This document shows, in pieces, positions 58,869-64,000 of a stretch of DNA of 64,000 bases (positions are counted from its first letter, which is position 1; every line of letters begins with the position of its first letter). Position numbers and translations under genes: made by a program. Below the pieces are notes generated by a model. That model worked only from the letters and a program-made list of their open reading frames with translations, was not told the origin of the DNA and did no database searches. The stretch is from Escherichia coli. GTDB lineage: Bacteria > Pseudomonadota > Gammaproteobacteria > Enterobacterales > Enterobacteriaceae. The stretch is taken from the NCBI RefSeq assembly GCF_017348835.2, contig NZ_CP071375.1. One strand, written 5' to 3'.

Positions 58869-58984
58869 GGCGGTAGCCTGGCAGCCTCGCAGAGCAGGAC
58901 GCCCTTGAGCCGCGATGCGGCGAATAGGGAGTGGTAAAGTTGGAACACCGTAGCGGTGGGCCCACTTTACATGTCCTGCCCTGC
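58869..58984 (+). other. IncP-type origin of transfer (oriT); predicted nick between 58978 and 58979 on the + strand
   Basis: The sequence is colinear with the RP4/RK2 oriT as I recall it. It shares an identical 18-mer CAGCCTCGCAGAGCAGGA (58882-58899), GCGAATAGGGA, GGAACACC, the hairpin CACCG-TAG-CGGTG, GGTGGGCC and the nick core GTCCTG/CCC (RP4 ATCCTG/CCC). Its position upstream of traJ is the same as in RP4. Confidence 0.8.
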
Positions 58985-59246
58985 AGTTGCCGTTGTATAT
59001 CTGTGCACGACAATGTGTATTTCAGTGTACAGGATGTGTTTTCTTAGCGTATTAATATAGGATTACTGGAGTAAATTTCTGCAGCAAATGTGTTTTTTGC
59101 AAGGAAACTATATTTCTCCCTTTTGAAAATGACCTTTAGTAGTTATAAATGGACGTCCACCAACTGTATTTATGTTTCGATATATTGTAAGAAGTCTTTC
59201 ATTTTCCGATGCACTTTTTTACTTACCTTGTCAGAGCATGTGCATT

Positions 59247-59271
59247 GCAGATTTTAGCGGCTAAAATCTGC
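59247..59271. promoter_or_regulatory. KorB-operator-like site embedded in a 25-bp perfect palindrome GCAGATTTTAGC-G-GCTAAAATCTGC
   Basis: Read directly. The core TTTAGCGGCTAAA is at 59253-59265, in the non-coding region between oriT and the iterons. Confidence 0.65.
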
Positions 59272-59397
59272 CTCCCTATGCCTAAAGCTAGGGGCGTACC
59301 TCATATGTCATAAAATCTACCTCAAGTGTCAATATACCAAACGTGTAAGTAATCTCTTCTTCTGGCGTACAACCATCGGTCTTTGGCCGATTCTAGA

Positions 59398-59431
59398 TTT
59401 GAAAGCGCCTGCTCAGGCAGGTGATTTCAAA
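59398..59431. other. Imperfect 15-bp inverted repeat (hairpin) next to the iterons; candidate oriV structural element
   Basis: TTTGAAAGCGCCTGC-tcag-GCAGGTGATTTCAAA has 13 of 15 positions complementary. Confidence 0.35.
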
Positions 59432-59481
59432 GCCTGAATATACTGGTTGATCCTGAATAACCTGCAAAGGAGTTAAAAAAT

Positions 59482-59565
59482 CAGGCCTCTGTAGCACACT
59501 GGCGGGCCGTTACAGCACATCACCGGGCCGTAACGACACGTTACCGGGCCGTTGTAGCTCGTTTT
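59482..59565 (+). repeat. Iterons: three good and one degenerate 21-bp direct repeats (candidate IncQ-type oriV)
   Basis: The units start at 59503, 59524 and 59545: CGGGCCGTTACAGCACATCAC, CGGGCCGTAACGACACGTTAC, CGGGCCGTTGTAGCTCGTTTT, with exact 21-bp periodicity. A degenerate unit at 59482 matches 12 of 21. The last unit overlaps the repC-like stop codon. Confidence 0.7.
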
Positions 59566-60314
59566 ATCCTAGAATTTTGTATCTCAATGCCAATCGCTAG
59601 AAATTGTTTGCTATCTTCTTTTAATCTCCGCCGATAGTTACGTAATGTCATATTATTGGTACCTTCACCACTGACAGCTAAAATTAATGTATCAATATGC
59701 CAGCCGCCTTTAGGATCGTGCTTATGTGTTAATATATGACGTGCAACTGCTTGGCTAATACCATGCTGGAGACGAGCAATAGGACCTGGATCATGATGAA
59801 AATGCAAATCTCGCTTCAACAACATTACCAATGCAACACCCAAGCGTACTCTCCATAGGTTACGTTCACCACCAGTTAGAGGATTACGCCTAGTCATTGG
59901 TGAGGGTACGACATGGTCAATTAAACCGCCTAGAATGCAATAACCGTTTTTTTCTAAATCTGGCGTTACTATTTCAACAGTTGCCACACGTAGATCAACG
60001 AGTAGTTTTTTAATTCGATCATAACTGTATTGTGCATCGGATAGAGTTCGGCGTACTTTCGCTGGATCTACTAATAACTCGATTCCTCCATCAGAAATTT
60101 CTCGACGTTTCTCGGCCACATAGAGCATTGTTTCCACAATATCCGCATGACGTTGTCCTAGTCTTCCGGTAACTCGACAACGACCAAAACTAGTCTCCAT
60201 CCACTGCCCCTTCAGCGCCAAGGGACGTTGACTTGGTTGGTACAGAATGACTCTAGCCTGCAGAGCTGTGCTAGTAGGTGTAACTTTATTACCAGTTATC
60301 ATTTTCTGCACCAC
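59541..60314 (-). CDS. repC: IncQ RepC-like iteron-binding replication initiator
   Basis: 257-aa ORF directly downstream of the repA-like gene. The C-terminal half (...HILTHKHDPKGGWHIDTLILAVSG...RNYRRRLKED...) aligns by eye with RSF1010 RepC (...RLCGWIDPGKTGKASIDTLCGYVW...RKRRQRVREA...). The start is either GTG 60314 or ATG 60302. Confidence 0.7.
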   Translation of the reverse strand: MVQKMITGNKVTPTSTALQARVILYQPSQRPLALKGQWMETSFGRCRVTGRLGQRHADIVETMLYVAEKRREISDGGIELLVDPAKVRRTLSDAQYSYDRIKKLLVDLRVATVEIVTPDLEKNGYCILGGLIDHVVPSPMTRRNPLTGGERNLWRVRLGVALVMLLKRDLHFHHDPGPIARLQHGISQAVARHILTHKHDPKGGWHIDTLILAVSGEGTNNMTLRNYRRRLKEDSKQFLAIGIEIQNSRIKRATTAR

Positions 60315-60330
60315 TCAATGAAGACATACA

Positions 60331-61146
60331 TTATTTTGCTATTTGTTTTTTATTCTTCGATTTGAGTTGCGTTATCCTTAATACTCCTCCCTCATGTCTC
60401 TGTAACCAACGTTCTGGCGTACGTTCTCCATAATTTGCTTTATTTATTCCAAATCTAACAAATTGACCTCGAACATCATCAGAAATATCATACGTCTTCG
60501 CTTCTAAGGCGGTCATGCCCGCCAGATAAGATTGCCACCGTATATTATCAACCAGGACGCTACTACCCCTGCTTGCCTGCTGTATATCACCAACTCCCAT
60601 CGTGGCAGAGCCTTTGTTTGAATGGTGTAGAAATATAATCGAACACCCTGTATCAGCAGCAATACCTTCTAGCTTTCCAATGACTTTGGACATTGCTCCG
60701 CTATTATTTTCATCTTCCTGGTGGAAACGGCGAAGAGTATCCAAAATTATTAACCGTCTACTTTTTGAAATCTCATTAATCAAGTTGCTCCAACCTGGCG
60801 AGAAAATATTTGGACACTTCCCTACCAAAGGTTCGACAAGTAGCTTATCAGCAACAATCTGCTGCTGACGTGCTGTTAGATATTTTCCCAAAGCATATAG
60901 ACGATGGTGAATGATGGTTGCAGAGTCCTCCACAGGTAAATATGCCACTAACCCCGTTGGATATTCACCAAAGTTTAAAAGATCTACACCACAAGTAATC
61001 TGCACAGCCAGTTGCAATGCCAGCATTGACTTTCCAACGCCTCCCGGAGAAACAATCGCTCCGATAGTACCAATAGCCAAATTAGGCAAGACGTAATCAA
61101 TTGGTTGCGGCTTAGCTTCAAATGCTTCCATTATGTTCAATGACAT
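60331..61146 (-). CDS. repA: IncQ RepA-like hexameric replicative helicase (RecA/AAA fold)
   Basis: 271-aa ORF. IDYVLPNLAIGTIGAIVSPGGVGKSMLALQLA...LDTLRRFH...IAADTGCSIIFLHH..KG...QQASRGSSVLVDNIRWQSYL is near-colinear with RSF1010 RepA as I recall it. Walker A and B motifs are present. Confidence 0.85.
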   Translation of the reverse strand: MSLNIMEAFEAKPQPIDYVLPNLAIGTIGAIVSPGGVGKSMLALQLAVQITCGVDLLNFGEYPTGLVAYLPVEDSATIIHHRLYALGKYLTARQQQIVADKLLVEPLVGKCPNIFSPGWSNLINEISKSRRLIILDTLRRFHQEDENNSGAMSKVIGKLEGIAADTGCSIIFLHHSNKGSATMGVGDIQQASRGSSVLVDNIRWQSYLAGMTALEAKTYDISDDVRGQFVRFGINKANYGERTPERWLQRHEGGVLRITQLKSKNKKQIAK

Positions 61147-61151
61147 TGCTG

Positions 61152-61382
61152 TTACCTACCTAAAACAATACCGGGTCTGGCTGCTTTAAACATTGCTGAT
61201 TTACGATCCGCAATCCACTGTTCCACTTCGGATAACTGCCATGCAACATTTCGGCTCGTAAGTGCTATACGGCGAGGAAACTCGCCTCGCTGTTCAAGGT
61301 TATAAATAGTGCGGGCTGACAATGGGATCATTTCCAGAAGTGTTTTTCTGTTAATGAGCGTGCTATGTGCCTTTGTTTGCAT
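61152..61382 (-). CDS. alpA: AlpA-family (MerR-type HTH_17) regulator/excisionase
   Basis: The track ORF 61152..61403 is placed at an ATG at 61382 preceded by GGAGGAAGG, giving MQTKAHSTLINRKTLLEMIPLSARTIYNLEQRGEFPRRI.... This is the typical AlpA/Xis motif, located 5 nt upstream of repA. Confidence 0.8.
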   Translation of the reverse strand: MQTKAHSTLINRKTLLEMIPLSARTIYNLEQRGEFPRRIALTSRNVAWQLSEVEQWIADRKSAMFKAARPGIVLGR

Positions 61383-61459
61383 CTGCCTTCCTCCTGTTTC
61401 CAATCAGGCCTATACAATGCCAAGCATTACCACTTGCTAAAACCTATTCATTGGCTAAA

Positions 61460-62431
61460 ATGGTTGACATGAAAATTACTATCTGGGAAGGCTGTGACCT
61501 CACAGTTGCAGCTGCAATTAAATTATTTGTAGAGCGTAGTTCTCCGTACTCCATATTTTCACGGAGGTATCCAATACTGCGTCTCATACAGGAAGTTATT
61601 GATCCAGCAGTAGCTGATTATGTAAATTCCCTGCCACCAAGTCATAAAGACTACATTTCTGGAGTAAATCTAGGATTTAGTGAAGTACTTAAAAAATTGG
61701 GTTTAAACGTCGTAGTACAGGCACAAAGACTTCTTTTGCGTAATTTCGTTCTGACTTTAGATCAACAAACTTCTCTTGATAAATGCTTTACCGCTACGAT
61801 TGAGTCTCTTATTGAATTAGTCAGTGAATGCGCATCCAAGCGGCCGAAGAAATCCTCTCCTGCAAAAGGAGTAACTATAAATTCACAGCGTAAGCTCGGT
61901 TATTGCGAGTTCTGCGGTAATCTAACCGAATTTTCCAAGTTGATCAGTGAGATATCAGAATTTGTTGCTAACGATAATGAGTTCCCCGTTCATGAAAAAC
62001 AGGTCCTTAGTCATCGATATTGTTCTGACCATAGGCCCAAACTCACCAATGGTCTATGGAATCCCAAATACAGACAAGGAAAGCGGTCTCTCGAACAGTT
62101 CAATAAAGAATTAATAAGGCTTAGACGGCAATGCGCTAAACCTCATAAAGCTAACGCAAACACAGGGGATATATTGATTGATACATATTTTCATGAGTGG
62201 ATGCAGGGTCAAACTTTAACCCCAGCAGATCTAGATAAACTTAGGAATATCGCCAGACGAATGGTTGACTCCAAATTCACTGATACTAAGAAAAAAATAA
62301 TCATATTAAAACACCAAGGTTTTAACCAGTTTGAAACCGCACAGGTTTTAGAAAAAAATCACTACACAACTATGACAAAGCAGGCTGTGTCCAAGGCCTT
62401 AGCGTCTGTGAGGAAAGAATTTTATATTTAA
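61460..62431 (+). CDS. Hypothetical protein with a CxxC...CxxH motif and a C-terminal HTH-like (sigma70 region 4/LuxR-like) segment; divergent from alpA
   Basis: The long track ORF 61367..62431 has its first 31 codons overlapping alpA, so I place the start at 61460 or 61469. No good RBS is visible and the start is uncertain. Motifs are GYCEFCG...YCSDH and ...ILKHQGFNQFETAQVLEKNHYTTMTKQAVSKALASVRKEF. Confidence 0.55.
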   Translation: MVDMKITIWEGCDLTVAAAIKLFVERSSPYSIFSRRYPILRLIQEVIDPAVADYVNSLPPSHKDYISGVNLGFSEVLKKLGLNVVVQAQRLLLRNFVLTLDQQTSLDKCFTATIESLIELVSECASKRPKKSSPAKGVTINSQRKLGYCEFCGNLTEFSKLISEISEFVANDNEFPVHEKQVLSHRYCSDHRPKLTNGLWNPKYRQGKRSLEQFNKELIRLRRQCAKPHKANANTGDILIDTYFHEWMQGQTLTPADLDKLRNIARRMVDSKFTDTKKKIIILKHQGFNQFETAQVLEKNHYTTMTKQAVSKALASVRKEFYI

Positions 62432-62853
62432 AATAGTATATCCACGAGCTATTATGGTGGCAGTTTAAGTCTTAATACCATCCACTTTATTGAATTATAA
62501 CCAGCCACTTACGAAGGTTTTTCGCGATTACCCTGCTTCAAATTGATGATTTTGAAAATACAGTATTATAGTTTATTGTTTGTAGCGCAGCTGTAAGCGT
62601 TATGCAAAATGGATCACAGTGATACGACCTCACCAGTAAATCACTGAAGCCGATCTGTAATGACATAGAACGAATTGGTTTTATGGTTATGCAATGGCTC
62701 ATCCCCTTACTTGTCCCTGACCATAAAAAGCATTCGCTTTCCTGAAAGCAAGTCTAAGCCAAGGGGCGTTTACAGTTGTCTTATCTTGACTCATTAGGTA
62801 CTGGCTTAATGATTAGAATCATGTCGGTGGCATTTAGGTCCAAATATGCCCAA

Positions 62854-62872
62854 AATTTTAGCAGCTAAAATT
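62854..62872. promoter_or_regulatory. KorB-operator-like palindrome, variant centre (AATTTTAGC-A-GCTAAAATT)
   Basis: A 9-1-9 perfect palindrome is read directly with core TTTAGCAGCTAAA at 62857-62869, in a non-coding gap. Confidence 0.55.
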
Positions 62873-63008
62873 CGTCTTCTCATGTAGGGTCAAGAAGCTT
62901 ATGACTAAACCTATTGATTATGTGAATTACCTTGTGAGTAATACTCGTAGGATGGAATCTTCCAAAACTCTGACAATTCACTCTGAATGCATGGTAACAA
63001 AGAACAGT

Positions 63009-63638
63009 TTAAACCATGGTCTGTTCAGCGTTAAATTTCTCAAGATAGACTTCCATTTCGCGAGTCCACCTAGGGGTAGGTACCGAGGTGATCATTAGCC
63101 AAGGAAACCACCATACAAGCATGAAGAGTAACATAAGCGGTGCGATCATTTCGGCCGAAGAATGAGAAACTATATACATAATGAATAATATTAGTAGAAC
63201 TGTGTTTACAATCTGACCTACCAGAAAAAGACGCCAGCGAAAACAATGCCATTTCCTGTTGAACACAATCCGTCCATCCCGTTCTTCGAGCCAGTTACGC
63301 CACGGCTTGAGATAACCAGCCCGCAACCCATAACGATCACACATTATTACAGCCAAATCCTGCAGCCGATAATTATACAAGCCTGTGAGCCGATAAAGGC
63401 TGCGCTGACGAAGCTCACGCTTTGCCAGACGGACCGCATTTTTATTCAAATATGGCTGTGTCAGCATTTGCTCTAGCCGGCGCTTCCTAAGATTGAGTAG
63501 TCCACGAAATACACTTCCAGATTCAGCATTAATTACTCTGTGACGAACTACACCGAGTGCAATATAGATACACAGCAATAGCCAGCCGGTCTTAGGGTAT
63601 TGATTCATCCATTGTATAATTACAGACAACTCAGGCAC
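63009..63638 (-). CDS. Hypothetical membrane protein (one N-terminal and two C-terminal TM helices, basic central domain), GTG start
   Basis: 209-aa track ORF with hydrophobic segments TGWLLLCIYIALGVV, LFLVGQIVNTVLLILFIMYIV and MIAPLMLLFMLVWWFPWLMI. I recognise no family. Confidence 0.6.
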   Translation of the reverse strand: MPELSVIIQWMNQYPKTGWLLLCIYIALGVVRHRVINAESGSVFRGLLNLRKRRLEQMLTQPYLNKNAVRLAKRELRQRSLYRLTGLYNYRLQDLAVIMCDRYGLRAGYLKPWRNWLEERDGRIVFNRKWHCFRWRLFLVGQIVNTVLLILFIMYIVSHSSAEMIAPLMLLFMLVWWFPWLMITSVPTPRWTREMEVYLEKFNAEQTMV

Positions 63639-63689
63639 TTTTATTTTTCCTTTTTATGCAATCCAGATAAAACCAGTAAAGATTCAGTA

Positions 63690-63708
63690 AATTTTAGCGG
63701 CTAAAATT
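63690..63708. promoter_or_regulatory. KorB-operator-like palindrome AATTTTAGC-G-GCTAAAATT upstream of the membrane-protein gene
   Basis: A 9-1-9 perfect palindrome has its core TTTAGCGGCTAAA at 63693-63705. It lies 52-70 nt upstream of the GTG at 63638 and 54 nt downstream of the int stop. Confidence 0.65.
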
Positions 63709-63761
63709 GCTCTCCTGGCGTAGAAAAAAGAAGCACACCAACTTAACTTACTGATTATTAA

Positions 63762-64000
63762 CTACTTACTAGTCCATTCATCAATCATATTCGCCCAATC
63801 TTGTAGCATCTCAGCCCTCTGCTCACGATATTCTGCCTTGTTATAAACAGCTCGTACCCCTTTTTGTTCATGGGCAAGGCTCTTCTCAATCCAGTCAGTA
63901 TTGTACCCGGCCTCATGTAGCAAGGTGCTGGCTGTACGCCGTAAGTCATGGGGACCAAACTTAGGCAACAACTCCCCTTCTTTCTGAGCCAGGCGATACG
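63762..64000 (-). CDS. int: Tyrosine recombinase (P4-type integrase), C-terminal about 79 codons; the 5' part lies right of the window
   Basis: The frame is open to the window edge. It reads ...YRLAQKEGELLPKFGPHDLRRTASTLLHEAGYNTDWIEKSLAHEQKGVRAVYNKAEY..., containing the HxLRxT box, LAH and the catalytic-Tyr region. Confidence 0.85.
   Translation of the reverse strand, partial: YRLAQKEGELLPKFGPHDLRRTASTLLHEAGYNTDWIEKSLAHEQKGVRAVYNKAEYREQRAEMLQDWANMIDEWTSK

Larger units (their letters stand above)
55858..64000. mobile_element. Truncated mosaic integrative (mobilizable) element: P4-type int, alpA, IncQ-like repA/repC and iterons, IncP-like oriT/traJ/trbJKL. It continues beyond the right window edge.
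   Basis: K-12 colinearity is lost after yfgG and composition is visibly more AT-rich. The gene content is listed in the entries below. The left boundary is the IS629-like element, and the integrase gene runs off the window. Confidence 0.8.

Noticed and set aside
59677-59684. GCTAAAAT half-sites (also at 61454-61461) as additional KorB-type operators
   Set aside because: Only one arm of the palindrome is present, so they may be chance or degenerate remnants. They are mentioned but not called as features.
61367-61459. N-terminal 31-codon extension of the 354-aa track ORF
   Set aside because: This part overlaps the alpA start and RBS on the other strand and is hydrophobic nonsense-like (MPLFASAFLLFPIRP...). 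An internal Met at 61460 or 61469 is more plausible, although neither has a good RBS.
62901-63098. 65-aa + strand ORF starting 30 bp after the variant palindrome
   Set aside because: Its 3' third is antisense to the end of the 209-aa membrane-protein gene, it has no convincing RBS and I see no recognisable features. I kept it only as a remark in the non-coding-gap finding.
55858-64000. A tRNA gene as the integration target of the island
   Set aside because: No cloverleaf-compatible sequence or tRNA-like 3' end was found in the window. The integrase gene is oriented so that the att site should lie beyond the right edge, so nothing can be said from this window.

Overview
The window is Escherichia/Shigella-type chromosome, colinear with the E. 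coli K-12 eutP-eutS-maeB ... ppk-ppx-pdeF-yfgG segment. It runs talA-tktB, ypfG, nudK, aegA, narQ, acrD, ypfM, yffB-dapE-ypfN, ypfH, tmcA, ypfJ, purC, bamC-dapA, gcvR-bcp, the 12-gene hyf hydrogenase-4 locus with focB, perM, bepA-yfgD, hda, uraA-upp, purMN, ppk-ppx, pdeF, yfgG. Every core ORF has the length I recall for K-12 except hyfR. A 1-nt frameshift in a C-run separates hyfR from its C-terminal Fis-type HTH, which survives intact in another frame. Colinearity stops about 40 bp after yfgG at an intact 1310-bp IS629-like IS3-family element (54548-55857). To its right (55858 to the window edge) lies an AT-richer mosaic accessory element. It carries a truncated VbhA-like antitoxin gene, trbL/trbK-like/trbJ, an RP4 TraJ homologue with an adjacent IncP-type oriT, and three to four 21-bp iterons overlapping the end of an IncQ-type repC. 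It also carries an IncQ-type repA helicase, alpA, two uncharacterised genes and the 3' end of a P4-type integrase gene that continues off-window. Four copies of the IncP KorB operator palindrome TTTAGCNGCTAAA are scattered through this element, but no korB/parB-like gene is visible. The most interesting reading is an integrative mobilizable element wired to IncP helper-plasmid transfer and regulatory signals. From memory its backbone resembles the GIsul2 family, here cut back by the IS. No tRNA, rRNA or CRISPR array was found.
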